IMG/VR virus record: IMGVR_UViG_3300045988_175328
Location: 160,001 to 224,000 of that record
Origin: a virus
Direction: 5' to 3' (one strand)
Length of the DNA: 64,000 nucleotides
Shown here: positions 36,375 through 45,976 of the stretch, piece by piece
How positions within the stretch are numbered: the stretch's first letter is position 1
Layout of the letters: every line of letters starts with the position of its first letter
Notes under the pieces: model-generated
Databases searched by the model: none
What the model was told of the DNA's origin: nothing
The model's input: the letters and a program-made list of their open reading frames with translations, nothing else
Made by a program: the position numbers and the translations under genes

Positions 36375-36687
36375 TACTGAATTTTTTAATATAAATGATT
36401 ATGAAGATTGGTTTTTCGGCGCCGATATTTATTTCGATAATTTTATCGGCGGCGACAAACTAAGATGGATTGTCTTTTACAGAAAAGGCTTTTATTTAAA
36501 TATTAGTATTCTTATTGAAGATATTTTAAAGAATAAAGAATCTAATATATTTGATCTTAGTATGAACAAATTAAATGAATACAAGGGCGAATTATTATTT
36601 GATAGTATTGATGATGTTCCTTATTATTTAGTCCTCGAAATAATAAAAGCTTTAGAGAATTTTAATGAAAGAATGCGATTGGGTTGA
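36358..36687 (+). CDS. Hypothetical protein, family B
   Basis: 'YEDWFFGADIYFDNFIGGDKLRWIVFYRKGFY..SIDDVPYYLVLEIIKAL'. Confidence 0.55.
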   Translation: MKNMYNTEFFNINDYEDWFFGADIYFDNFIGGDKLRWIVFYRKGFYLNISILIEDILKNKESNIFDLSMNKLNEYKGELLFDSIDDVPYYLVLEIIKALENFNERMRLG

Positions 36688-37034
36688 AGAAGGTTTTTAT
36701 GGATAAGAAAGATTGGTTTGATAATTGTTATTTCTATAGCTGGGAAAAAATAATGTGTTGTGAAGACGAACATATATGGAGAATCAGAATGGGTGATGGA
36801 ACATATATTGAAATACAAGTCGGCGGCTATTCTGAGAGATCTTATTTAGGCGATAGCCGAGAAGAGAGTTGTTTCGACATGAGTCTTTATAATGATGATC
36901 AATATGATTTTGTGAATAGAGTAAGAAGCTTTATTCCTAAGGGTATTTTTGATAATGGCCCATTAGAGGATGTTCCTTATGATGATTGTATTAAAATCAT
37001 AGAAAAACAAAAAAAAGAATGCGGCTTTATTTAA
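36684..37034 (+). CDS. Hypothetical protein, family B
   Basis: 'WFDNCYFYSWEKIMCCEDEHIWRIRMGDGTYIEIQVGGYS...LEDVPYDDCIKII'. Confidence 0.55.
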   Translation: MKKVFMDKKDWFDNCYFYSWEKIMCCEDEHIWRIRMGDGTYIEIQVGGYSERSYLGDSREESCFDMSLYNDDQYDFVNRVRSFIPKGIFDNGPLEDVPYDDCIKIIEKQKKECGFI

Positions 37035-37056
37035 TTTCTTTTTTTGTGGAGGCACT

Positions 37057-37665
37057 ATGATATTTAATGGAACTGAATATGAAGGAGAAGCTAAGATTAG
37101 GATATCCGATGATCATTATCTTTTAGTTCGAGAAGAAGATGGTCTATATGATGTCTCATCTACTTCTGAAAATAACAGAATAATTGCAGATAAAACATAT
37201 AATCTTGGTCTGATTGAAGAAGACGAAGTACTTGAATTAATATGGACATTGCGGCAAGAAAAGATCCGTAGTGATATTTGTCTCAAAGAAAGATTTAAAA
37301 TATATTCTAAATGGTTCCCTGGCTTTGAAATGTATAAAGAAGATTATATTTACGAAGGATATTATACATGGATGAAATTAATTAGTGGCCCCGAAGGATT
37401 AAATATTGTTATTAATATGTGCGGCAAAACTGGCAGCTTAATATATGAACGTAAAGAAGATAGTTTCTTTCAAGTTAGTCTATGTTGTCATAATGACAAA
37501 ATGAAAGAACCTATTTATAAATTATTTAATATCGATAATAATAAAAAAAATAGTATTGGTGGCAATAATTTTTATGAAACCTATGGCATTTATTCTTGTA
37601 ATTATGTCAATTACTATATAGTTCTAGAAATAATAAAAGTAATAAAGAGGTTATATGATATTTAA
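37057..37665 (+). CDS. Hypothetical protein, family D
   Basis: 'MIFNGTEYEGEAKIRISDDHYLLVREEDGLYDVSSTSENNRIIADK'. Confidence 0.6.
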   Translation: MIFNGTEYEGEAKIRISDDHYLLVREEDGLYDVSSTSENNRIIADKTYNLGLIEEDEVLELIWTLRQEKIRSDICLKERFKIYSKWFPGFEMYKEDYIYEGYYTWMKLISGPEGLNIVINMCGKTGSLIYERKEDSFFQVSLCCHNDKMKEPIYKLFNIDNNKKNSIGGNNFYETYGIYSCNYVNYYIVLEIIKVIKRLYDI

Positions 37666-38173
37666 CGGAGTTTTATATAAAAGAAATAAAATTAAAAAAA
37701 GAATATCTGATGACAAATATCTTTCGATTCAAGAAAAAGACGGTCTATATGATGTAACTTGTATTTCTGATACAGGAAATGTATTTGTAAATAGATCCAA
37801 ATACTTTAATTTATTGGAAGAAGATGAAATGCTCGATTTATTATGGGACTTGCGGATTGAAGAAGCTCGTAACAGTATTCGCATTAAAAAAAGATTTAAA
37901 ATATACTCTAAATGGTTTTCTGGTTTTAAGTTAGATGTTGATGACTATATATATGAAGGTTTCTATATGTGGCAAAAAACTATTGGAGATTATTCTATTC
38001 TTATTAATACTTTAAGAGATACTAGTAGTATTATGTATGAAGATAAAGAGATTAGTTTCTTTGATGTTGATATACATTATTGTAGTAAAGATAATAGTAT
38101 TTCTTATTATTATAGAGGTGTTAATTATTATATAGTAAGAGAAATAATAAGAGAAATAAAAAAGTTTTCTTAA
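37655..38173 (+). CDS. Hypothetical protein, family D
   Basis: 'MIFNGVLYKRNKIKKRISDDKYLSIQEKDGLYDVTCISDTGNVFVNRS'. Confidence 0.6.
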   Translation: MIFNGVLYKRNKIKKRISDDKYLSIQEKDGLYDVTCISDTGNVFVNRSKYFNLLEEDEMLDLLWDLRIEEARNSIRIKKRFKIYSKWFSGFKLDVDDYIYEGFYMWQKTIGDYSILINTLRDTSSIMYEDKEISFFDVDIHYCSKDNSISYYYRGVNYYIVREIIREIKKFS

Positions 38174-38189
38174 GGGGCAAGCCCCTTAA
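38170..38189. repeat. Dispersed palindrome (copy 4)
   Basis: TTAAGGGGCAAGCCCCTTAA followed by CAACCCC. Confidence 0.85.
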
Positions 38190-38214
38190 CAACCCCTTGG
38201 AGAGGAATGATTGA

Positions 38215-38526
38215 ATGGACGTGCTAGGCGTGTTCAAAGAATATGCAGAATGGTTTGGAGGCGATTTTACTTATAACACTAACAGTATGAAAGGAGACAG
38301 GTATATATGGCGGATTAGAGTTCGTATGAGTACTTTCGTCGAAGTCATAACATATGGCAATCGATTTAAAGACAGGTATCCTGAGAAAAAAACTTGTACC
38401 TTTGAAATAAAAGTTATTAATATTATGAAAGATGGCGAACGTACTGGTAAAATAATTGAAAAAGAATATACTGGTGTCCCTTATTATTTAGTGCTTGAAC
38501 TTATTCGTGCTTATCATAATAGTTAG
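38215..38526 (+). CDS. Hypothetical protein, family B
   Basis: 'YAEWFGGDFTYNTNSMKGDRYIWRIRVRMSTFVEVITYGN...YTGVPYYLVLELIRAYHNS'. Confidence 0.6.
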   Translation: MDVLGVFKEYAEWFGGDFTYNTNSMKGDRYIWRIRVRMSTFVEVITYGNRFKDRYPEKKTCTFEIKVINIMKDGERTGKIIEKEYTGVPYYLVLELIRAYHNS

Positions 38527-38538
38527 TTTTTAAGTGCA

Positions 38539-38562
38539 GCCGGTATAGAAATATTTGCCGGC
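38539..38562 (+). promoter_or_regulatory. GNRA-capped leader hairpin copy 4
   Basis: GCCGG-TATAGAAATATTTG-CCGGC; covaries with copy 3. Confidence 0.6.
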
Positions 38563-38579
38563 TATAAAGAGGTGAAGGT

Positions 38580-39152
38580 GTGATTAGTAGTATAACCGCC
38601 ACTAGACTCGTTAGTATGATGAGTCGTGGTGACGTTTTTTATTTTGTCAGATACATGAATGGCGAATATGAGATTATAGCTCAAATTGTTAAAGGTGTCG
38701 CTAACTCTTTATATACACGCACTGAACATTTTTATTTTAAAGGCGCCAAAATATATTATTGGGAGTTTATGTCTTGGACAAAAGAAAATAAAAGAAGAGT
38801 CGGCAATTTGTATGAGATAAACATAGATGATGATATTATTACAGATATATTTTATCAAATGCACGATGAATTAAAGGACAAAGTTGGCGCCAAATATTCT
38901 AATGCATTTATGACAAGAGCTGATACTTTACTTGGTAAATTTATTAATCAGGATGATGATTATGATTACTCTTATAATAAAAAAGATTTTTATGGTTTAG
39001 AATATATTGATGAAGTAAAATCAGATACTATACCTAATAGTATTAAAAGAACTAAAATTAAAACTATTAGTAGTATGTTCTTAGATGTTTTATGCGGCGA
39101 ATGGTACTATAATATAGATCCTAAATTAATAGATATTAAGAAAGTAAAGTAA
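38580..39152 (+). CDS. Hypothetical protein, family A
   Basis: 'TRLVSMMSRGDVFYFVRYMNGEYEIIAQ...HFYFKGAKIYYWE...IKRTKIKTISSMFLDVLCGEWYYNIDPKLIDI'. Confidence 0.65.
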   Translation: MISSITATRLVSMMSRGDVFYFVRYMNGEYEIIAQIVKGVANSLYTRTEHFYFKGAKIYYWEFMSWTKENKRRVGNLYEINIDDDIITDIFYQMHDELKDKVGAKYSNAFMTRADTLLGKFINQDDDYDYSYNKKDFYGLEYIDEVKSDTIPNSIKRTKIKTISSMFLDVLCGEWYYNIDPKLIDIKKVK

Positions 39153-39166
39153 GAAAGGAGTAATCG

Positions 39167-39766
39167 ATGGAAGATATTAATAGATTCTATAAACATTTTG
39201 ACGGCACTTTAAAGAACGGCCTTAAATTTGTCGATCTTGCTTTATTCGTATCTTTAATTAACAATAAAGATTATACTACAATATATTTCTATGAGAATAG
39301 CGATATTGAAATTAAAACTTTTAGATACGTTGTTTCAGGAGAGCGGTTATATTCTTATGAAGACATGTATATTGTTAAAGATAACTTATATTGTATAGAA
39401 AGAGTAAGAAGCAGCAATCATTCTAATGATGATACTGTTCTTATTTCGAAACGTGTGTTTAAATATAATATATCTAATAATGATATTATTAGCGCCTATT
39501 TAGAATATAGTAGAGAATATGACCCTAAATTAATTAAAGAATCGGCTCGAAATATAGCAAGAGCTCTTAGCTTAAAAGGAAGTATCTTTGCTTTTGAAGA
39601 AGACACATTGTCTATTGAAATATGTCCTGGAATTGAAAGATGCAAGAAAATTGTACGAAGTACTCCATCTATTATTTCAGATATTCCGGATGTATTAATA
39701 AATAAAGAATACTTTAAGCCTGAACTTATATGGAGCGACGAAAGAGCATCAACGTTTGGCAAATAA
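39167..39766 (+). CDS. Hypothetical protein
   Basis: ORF track, GGAG SD. Confidence 0.55.
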   Translation: MEDINRFYKHFDGTLKNGLKFVDLALFVSLINNKDYTTIYFYENSDIEIKTFRYVVSGERLYSYEDMYIVKDNLYCIERVRSSNHSNDDTVLISKRVFKYNISNNDIISAYLEYSREYDPKLIKESARNIARALSLKGSIFAFEEDTLSIEICPGIERCKKIVRSTPSIISDIPDVLINKEYFKPELIWSDERASTFGK

Positions 39767-39832
39767 AAATCCTCATTTGTGAGGCGTATTTAAAGAGCAT
39801 ATATTTGTATTAATTCATAAGGAGAAATAATT

Positions 39833-40417
39833 ATGAGAACAGAAGAAGCGTTAGCTATGTTAATTGCTATGGTTAGTCATATGTATAGTGCTAAACGTTA
39901 TGATTATGAATTTAGCAAAGAAATTGTATTAAATAAAAGAGTCGGCGATACTATTATTGAAGATCACTTTTTAATTGAAGGCGAAAGTGATGTATATTAT
40001 TGGCGCGAAAGTAAAGATATTGTTGACGTAGAGAACGGCTTCTTTATTTATGGAAATATTGAATATAGTAAGATCACTTCCTTTGGAAAAGATATTAATG
40101 TATTTATTTCTGAATTTAATGAATTATGCTTAGGTGGCGATAAAGAATTATTAATGGTGCGTTACAATGCAATTAAAGAATTATTATCTGAACGCCGCAG
40201 CTCTAGAATTTATTATTTATCTGGCGATCCGTTCGAAGATTTAGGCGGACGCAATCTCCCAAATGGTATTTCTAGATATGGATGCCGATATGGTGTTTTA
40301 GAGAAATATGCATATTTCGAAACTAAAGGCAATTCTATCGATAAAGTATATGATTTTAAATATATTGTACCTAAAGTTGTCAATAAAAATACTAATTATG
40401 TATTTATTCTTAAGTAA
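39833..40417 (+). CDS. Hypothetical protein
   Basis: ORF track, AAGGAG SD. Confidence 0.55.
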   Translation: MRTEEALAMLIAMVSHMYSAKRYDYEFSKEIVLNKRVGDTIIEDHFLIEGESDVYYWRESKDIVDVENGFFIYGNIEYSKITSFGKDINVFISEFNELCLGGDKELLMVRYNAIKELLSERRSSRIYYLSGDPFEDLGGRNLPNGISRYGCRYGVLEKYAYFETKGNSIDKVYDFKYIVPKVVNKNTNYVFILK

Positions 40418-40431
40418 AAAGAAGGTTTTAT

Positions 40432-40734
40432 ATGATCAGCAAAGCTTGGCAGAAATATATATATTGGTTTGATGGTCGATTTTATGTATTAGAAGACCCT
40501 ATTCGTGGAAATAAAGGATTCTGGGAAATTGAAATCGATGAAGATACTTTTGTAAATATATTAACTGATGGATATAGATGTCAAAAATTATATTCCAAAA
40601 AAGAACATAATTATTTTGAAGTTAGCGTCTCTTATGAAACAGAAGATAGCGATAATTTTGTAACTCATACCTTATTATATGTTCCTTACTACGTAGTTTT
40701 AGAGATAATAGAAGGATTGAAGGAATCATTATGA
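40432..40734 (+). CDS. Hypothetical protein, family B
   Basis: 'MISKAWQKYIYWFDGRFYVLEDPIRGNKGFWEIEIDEDTFVNILTDG...VPYYVVLEIIEGLKESL'. Confidence 0.65.
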   Translation: MISKAWQKYIYWFDGRFYVLEDPIRGNKGFWEIEIDEDTFVNILTDGYRCQKLYSKKEHNYFEVSVSYETEDSDNFVTHTLLYVPYYVVLEIIEGLKESL

Positions 40735-41291
40735 TTAATATAATGCCCGCAATGAATCTTGTTAGTATGATGACAGATGCTGAATATTATATTTTAGTTA
40801 AATATATGAATAGTGATTTTGAAATCATATCTGGAATAAATAAATATATATCTGATTCAATGTATGGTTATGATAAACATTTTTACTTTAAAGATAATAC
40901 TATATACTATTGGGAAACTAATATTTTTACATCTAAAGCAAAAACCAATATAAATGTCAGTGATTTATATGAAATAGATATCGATGAAAAACAAATTAAT
41001 AAATTGTTTAAAAATATGTATCATGAATTATCAGATAAATTAGGCTCTAAATATTCAGATGCTTTTGTTGAAAGAAGAAATAGATTGTATAATAAATTTA
41101 CTTCTAAGGAATCAGTTCCTATTTCTTGTCCAGAAAATAGATTAGAAATTCTTGAGATTGGAGAGAGAACTATTCCTAATAAAATAAAAAGAACTGAAAT
41201 AGAAACTGTTTATAGTATTGTCTTAGAAATATTAGATACTAGATGGAATTATACTATTGATTATAATTTAATAGATATGATTAAAGCCTAA
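40731..41291 (+). CDS. Hypothetical protein, family A
   Basis: 'MNLVSMMTDAEYYILVKYMNSDFEIISG...KHFYFKDNTIYYWETN...NKIKRTEIETVYSIVLEILDTRWNYTIDYNLIDMI'. Confidence 0.65.
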   Translation: MINIMPAMNLVSMMTDAEYYILVKYMNSDFEIISGINKYISDSMYGYDKHFYFKDNTIYYWETNIFTSKAKTNINVSDLYEIDIDEKQINKLFKNMYHELSDKLGSKYSDAFVERRNRLYNKFTSKESVPISCPENRLEILEIGERTIPNKIKRTEIETVYSIVLEILDTRWNYTIDYNLIDMIKA

Positions 41292-41320
41292 TAATTATTT
41301 CGTATAAAAGGAGGTTTTTT

Positions 41321-41902
41321 ATGCTAAGAGAAATGGAACTTATTAGACTTGTAAGTCTTATGAGTAATGCTAATTTTTATATCTTTATTAAATATATGAA
41401 TGGCAATTATGAGATTGTGGCAGAAACTTCTATTACTATGTCTGCTCATATTTATTTACATAATAAACATTTTTATTTAAAAAATGGGCAATTATATTAT
41501 TGGGAAACTAAAATTAATTCAAATACTGAAACAGGAGTAGAATATAAAGAGGTTTACAATCTATATGAAATAAATATAAATAAAGATCGAATTAATCAAT
41601 TATATGAGATGATGCATAACAATTTATTAGAAAAACTTGGTTCTGATTATTCACATCAATTTGTTAAAAGAACTGATCGTTTATTCGACAGATTTACTTC
41701 TAATGAATTATATGGTCTTTATATTTATAATCATAAAAATGGAGACATGGGAAAAATGCCTTTAGAAATTAGTAATGGAACTATTCCCAGTAAACTAAAA
41801 AGAACTAAGATTAAAATTATTAACAGTATATTATTATCTTATTCTAGTAACATATGGAAGTATTGTATAGATTACAAGTTAATTAATATGAATAAAATAT
41901 AA
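41321..41902 (+). CDS. Hypothetical protein, family A
   Basis: 'IRLVSLMSNANFYIFIKYMNGNYEIVAE...KHFYLKNGQLYYWETK...SKLKRTKIKIINSILLS'. Confidence 0.65.
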   Translation: MLREMELIRLVSLMSNANFYIFIKYMNGNYEIVAETSITMSAHIYLHNKHFYLKNGQLYYWETKINSNTETGVEYKEVYNLYEININKDRINQLYEMMHNNLLEKLGSDYSHQFVKRTDRLFDRFTSNELYGLYIYNHKNGDMGKMPLEISNGTIPSKLKRTKIKIINSILLSYSSNIWKYCIDYKLINMNKI

Positions 41903-41908
41903 GTTTTT

Positions 41909-41929
41909 TTAAGGGGCTCCGCCCCTTAA
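41909..41929. repeat. Dispersed palindrome variant TTAAGGGGCTCCGCCCCTTAA (copy 5)
   Basis: Same arms, TCC loop. Confidence 0.8.
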
Positions 41930-41967
41930 CAACTTCGATATTTGTATTTGATATAAGGAGAAATATT

Positions 41968-42381
41968 ATGGACATCAAACAAATCTCACGATTAATTTGT
42001 ATGACAAGTCAAGGAAATAGTGTTAAAACATCTTTTTTTGAAAATGCTATTTTCATGACAGTAGTTAAAAATAAAATTCTTTGTGGCACTGAATGTATTC
42101 ATCAATATCATTATAAAATTAAAGATAATGAACTTGAGTTTTTTGAAAATTTTATAGGGCCAAATGAATTTGAATTAAAATCTCCATCTTTAAAACTAAA
42201 ATATAGTTTAAACGATTGGATGGAATACTCTGAAATTATTGGTGAAGGATATGCTGAATATCGATCTGAAGAGATTGAATCAATTCTTCTAGAATATAAG
42301 AATGATCAAGAGATATTTAATCGATCTGATTCTATTGCAGATACTGATTTCTCAATGAACATTCCTTACCATAAAAAGTAA
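41968..42381 (+). CDS. Hypothetical protein, distant family A-like
   Basis: 'ISRLICMTSQGNSVKTSFFENAIFMTVVKN'. Confidence 0.5.
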   Translation: MDIKQISRLICMTSQGNSVKTSFFENAIFMTVVKNKILCGTECIHQYHYKIKDNELEFFENFIGPNEFELKSPSLKLKYSLNDWMEYSEIIGEGYAEYRSEEIESILLEYKNDQEIFNRSDSIADTDFSMNIPYHKK

Positions 42382-42382
42382 C

Positions 42383-42411
42383 TTGACAGAGAATATAGTA
42401 TTTGTTACAAT
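42383..42411 (+). promoter_or_regulatory. Sigma70-type promoter
   Basis: TTGACA-N17-TACAAT. Confidence 0.8.
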
Positions 42412-42502
42412 TTAATTGTCCAATACAATAACACATTGTTTTTCTCCTGTAATTTTGCGTAAGCTGGCTTTATGCCAGCTTTTATGTTTTAGAAGGTGAG
42501 TT

Positions 42503-43006
42503 ATGTTACATGAACATTGGAAGCGATTGCAAGAACCTGTTGATGAGTTAATGCAAGAAGAATTATTGAAACACATAAAAGAATATTGTAAAGAAAATAA
42601 ATCTTTAGAAGCTCAATGTTTAAATGACATACTTAATAATACTTCTAAAGAAAATATATTAGATTATTATACTTCTTTTGCTGGAGAAGACTTTAAAGAA
42701 ACGAATTTAATATTTAAATCAGTTAATGGCGCGATAGCTGCTATGATTCGATATAAAATAACTAATAACACACTAGTAACAGTTGGTATTATTGTTGCTG
42801 ATAAATATAATAATAGTTCTTTCATTTATAATCTAATTAAATCTTTAAATATTCTTTTAATTAATAGATATAAATTAGATTTTACTTATGTTTTAAAAAT
42901 AATCAAACAAGATCTTATCAAAGAATTTGAAAATATCAAAGATTTTAGAAATGCGTCGATTAATAAAAAAGAATTTGCTTTGTTTTTATGTTATCTTGAC
43001 ATGTAA
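42503..43006 (+). CDS. Hypothetical protein
   Basis: ORF track following strong promoter. Confidence 0.55.
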   Translation: MLHEHWKRLQEPVDELMQEELLKHIKEYCKENKSLEAQCLNDILNNTSKENILDYYTSFAGEDFKETNLIFKSVNGAIAAMIRYKITNNTLVTVGIIVADKYNNSSFIYNLIKSLNILLINRYKLDFTYVLKIIKQDLIKEFENIKDFRNASINKKEFALFLCYLDM

Positions 43007-43056
43007 AATATTATATGTTATTATAATAGTGTAAGCACGCAACACTCTATTCAAAA

Positions 43057-43100
43057 GAAACAGCCCCATGCAGTATAATTCTGTATGGGGCTGTTTCTTA
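43057..43100 (+). terminator. Terminator-like hairpin
   Basis: AAACAGCCCCAT...ATGGGGCTGTTTCTTAT. Confidence 0.75.
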
Positions 43101-43121
43101 TTTATGAAAGAAGGTGAGATT

Positions 43122-43688
43122 ATGATTGATTTCATGTATATAGCTAAACTTATTAGTATTATGACTTCTAGTGATTTTTATTATGTCATTAAATATGTAA
43201 ATAAAGATTATGAAGTTATATCTCAAACAGGAAATGAAGTAGGAGATTCAGTCTATACATATAATAAACATTTTTATTTTAAAAAGAATAAAATATACTA
43301 TTGGGAATCTAAAATATTTCATTTAAATAAAGCGACAGAAACAAAAATAGAAGTTAATGATTTATATGAGATTAAAAATAATGCTCATGGAATTAATAAA
43401 CGATATGAAATGATGTATGATGATTTATTAGAAGAACTAGGTCCTGAATATTCAGAGCTCTTAGAAAAAAGAACGGATAAATTATTTGAACATCTTGTTT
43501 CTAAAGAGCCTATAGGGCTTTATTGTTATTATATCGAATCTGCTCCTGAAATTGAAAATAATATGATTCCTCCTAAATTAAAAAGAACTAAAATTAAAAC
43601 TATTAATAGTTTGTTCTTAGGATTTTCTGATATTAAATATGATTATTGTATTACTTATGGATTATTAGATATAATTAAAGTTAACTAA
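43122..43688 (+). CDS. Hypothetical protein, family A
   Basis: 'MIDFMYIAKLISIMTSSDFYYVIKYVNKDYEVISQTG...KHFYFKKNKIYYWESK...PPKLKRTKIKTINSLFLG'; track start 43068 lies in the terminator hairpin. Confidence 0.65.
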   Translation: MIDFMYIAKLISIMTSSDFYYVIKYVNKDYEVISQTGNEVGDSVYTYNKHFYFKKNKIYYWESKIFHLNKATETKIEVNDLYEIKNNAHGINKRYEMMYDDLLEELGPEYSELLEKRTDKLFEHLVSKEPIGLYCYYIESAPEIENNMIPPKLKRTKIKTINSLFLGFSDIKYDYCITYGLLDIIKVN

Positions 43689-43714
43689 TAATTATACATT
43701 AAGGGGGTGCGACT

Positions 43715-44179
43715 ATGCTTAGTAATCATTATATTTCAATGCTTGTTGCATTATTATCAATAGGCGATAAAATTAATGTTCAAGAACATGAAGATTGTCT
43801 TCTTGTTTCAGTCGTAAAGACTGAAAAAGTTCAAGATAAAACATGGAAAGACATATATACTTTTGAATTTAGAGACGATATTATTTTTTTAGCAACTCAT
43901 AGTACGTATAATGATAAAGATACGTCTTTAAAAATAACTAAAGATAAAGTAATTCATTCTATTAAAATAGAGCCAAAAGAAATAGAAAACTTATATGATG
44001 AAATGTTCGATAAGTTATTTCATTTTAATAAGAAAGAGGCTCAAAAATTCATGGCGAGACGAATACAAATATGCAATTTCTTGCGACGCAAAGACTATTT
44101 AGATGGGTCTATCCAATTAAAATATCCTGAATTTAATTATGTTATGTTAAGAGAAATGTTTAACATGGAAAGATTATAG
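43715..44179 (+). CDS. Hypothetical protein
   Basis: ORF track. Confidence 0.5.
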   Translation: MLSNHYISMLVALLSIGDKINVQEHEDCLLVSVVKTEKVQDKTWKDIYTFEFRDDIIFLATHSTYNDKDTSLKITKDKVIHSIKIEPKEIENLYDEMFDKLFHFNKKEAQKFMARRIQICNFLRRKDYLDGSIQLKYPEFNYVMLREMFNMERL

Positions 44180-44187
44180 GCAATTAA

Positions 44188-44826
44188 ATGAGCAAAGAAC
44201 CAAAAAAACTAAAAATAAATACAGAGCGCGCTTTTGATAATATGTTTAAAAATAATTTTAATAATACCATGTTAAATAATGGCATGGAATTATCGTATGC
44301 CATGGCTTTGTTTACTATTGTGAATACTACGAATATAATCAATATCTATACTTATAATAACGGAGATATTGAATTAATTGGTGAGAATAAGCATATTTTT
44401 AATTCTAGAACAAGAATATTTAAAATTCATTTATATTTTGGCGATAAAATTTATTACTGGAAGGATTCTAGTTTAAAAGAATCTAAAGATGAAAATACTG
44501 TTCAAAAATATGCCGATGAATACTATGAAATCTGTTTAGATAAAGAAGGAATACTTAAATTATTTAAAGAAGTTCTTAATGAATATAGCAAAGCAGAGCT
44601 CATTGAAGAAAGTATTTCATTCTTGTATCGTTTTCAAGAAGGATTAAATAAAATAACTTATGCTAATAAATATGGCGAAGTCAGAAAACATAATGTCGAT
44701 CCAAATTCCAAGATTAAAATTAGACGAGGTTCCACATATACTTCTGTCCGAGCATTTTTTAATGATCCAAATAGACGAGAAACATCTTCTATTAATGAAT
44801 CGTTTTTAAATCTACGAATTGTTTAA
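44188..44826 (+). CDS. Hypothetical protein
   Basis: ORF track; 'KIHLYFGDKIYYWKDSSLKES' loosely family A-like. Confidence 0.5.
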   Translation: MSKEPKKLKINTERAFDNMFKNNFNNTMLNNGMELSYAMALFTIVNTTNIINIYTYNNGDIELIGENKHIFNSRTRIFKIHLYFGDKIYYWKDSSLKESKDENTVQKYADEYYEICLDKEGILKLFKEVLNEYSKAELIEESISFLYRFQEGLNKITYANKYGEVRKHNVDPNSKIKIRRGSTYTSVRAFFNDPNRRETSSINESFLNLRIV

Positions 44827-44897
44827 TTTTATATTTCCATTAATATCTCATGTAATGATATAATAAAGTGATAAATACTTTTTTAAAGGAGACATAA

Positions 44898-45338
44898 ATG
44901 GAAACATATTATTCTACACGCGATTTTTGTGAAGAAGTATTGCGAAGCTTACCATTAGAAGAATCCACTAAAATTAATTTTGGAAAAGGCAAGGGAAATT
45001 TTGGTGGATTTGAATTTAGAAATAAAGACAATCGAATTGGATATTTAACGATTGAAAATTTAGAAAATCGTACTTATTTCTATTGTCTTTTTTTCTTTAT
45101 GTTTGAAGATCAATATGTGTATAGAAAAATAAAAGTCGATAAAAAGCCAAATGAAATTCTTAAAACTAAAAATCCTCCAATGCATGAAGATCCATTAGAT
45201 AGAATTTTGTATGTAATGGAGAAAACTCTTTTAGATTTTAAAAGAAAGAAAACAATCATGTATACTTTAGAAGAATTAAATGGTTTATTATTCGACGCGA
45301 GTAATTATCCAAATGGGGGGGGATTTTATGAAAATTAA
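44898..45338 (+). CDS. Hypothetical protein
   Basis: ORF track, GGAG SD. Confidence 0.5.
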   Translation: METYYSTRDFCEEVLRSLPLEESTKINFGKGKGNFGGFEFRNKDNRIGYLTIENLENRTYFYCLFFFMFEDQYVYRKIKVDKKPNEILKTKNPPMHEDPLDRILYVMEKTLLDFKRKKTIMYTLEELNGLLFDASNYPNGGGFYEN

Positions 45339-45675
45339 ATACGAAACAATAGATGAGTTAAGTCTATCTTTAAATATATTGCTTAAATATCACTATTTAG
45401 AACCTGATAATATTAATGTTTCTAAAGGAAAAAATAAGTTTAAATTTAATTTTGAAAAAGACAAACTTAGCTTAATGCAACTTGAAATGAAGATTTTAAA
45501 TAAGAAAGCATCAGGCGAATTTTTCTTTCAAGGATGCAAAGGAACTTATTATTTTACTGTGGATCAAGAAATAGATTCATTCTATCCATTCATTGAGTAT
45601 TTTGCTAAATACTATAAATTAAATGGTCATGATAAATTATCTTTAAAATTGGAGCCAGAAAATGCAAGATTTTGA
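45280..45675 (+). CDS. Hypothetical protein (real start probably 45328)
   Basis: GGGGGGG SD-like then MKIKYETIDELSLS. Confidence 0.5.
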   Translation: MVYYSTRVIIQMGGDFMKIKYETIDELSLSLNILLKYHYLEPDNINVSKGKNKFKFNFEKDKLSLMQLEMKILNKKASGEFFFQGCKGTYYFTVDQEIDSFYPFIEYFAKYYKLNGHDKLSLKLEPENARF

Positions 45676-45976
45676 TTTTTTAGAAATCGATTATGCTGTC
45701 GATGAAGAAGATCCTAGATGGATAAATATTAAAAAATTAAATTTCAATAAGAATTTAAGTTGGCATAAATTTCCTGAAGATTGCCGATACAATAGTTATA
45801 TTCATTTTTATAATAACGAAATAGCTATTGCTATGTACACCGAAGATGACGCTCATACTTGTATGTATATAGAAGAAGGAAAGGACGTTAACATCGTTTT
45901 GTTCGATGAGTTTAAAAAGGTTTTAAATCAACAATCTGAAGAAATAAGAAAGGTGGCATTTAATTCAAATGATTGA
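45662..45976 (+). CDS. Hypothetical protein
   Basis: ORF track. Confidence 0.45.
   Translation: MQDFDFLEIDYAVDEEDPRWINIKKLNFNKNLSWHKFPEDCRYNSYIHFYNNEIAIAMYTEDDAHTCMYIEEGKDVNIVLFDEFKKVLNQQSEEIRKVAFNSND

Noticed and set aside
42996-43027. Promoter TTGACA ... TATAAT downstream of ORF 42503
   Set aside because: Spacing is 20 nt and it is followed immediately by a terminator; too weak to call.
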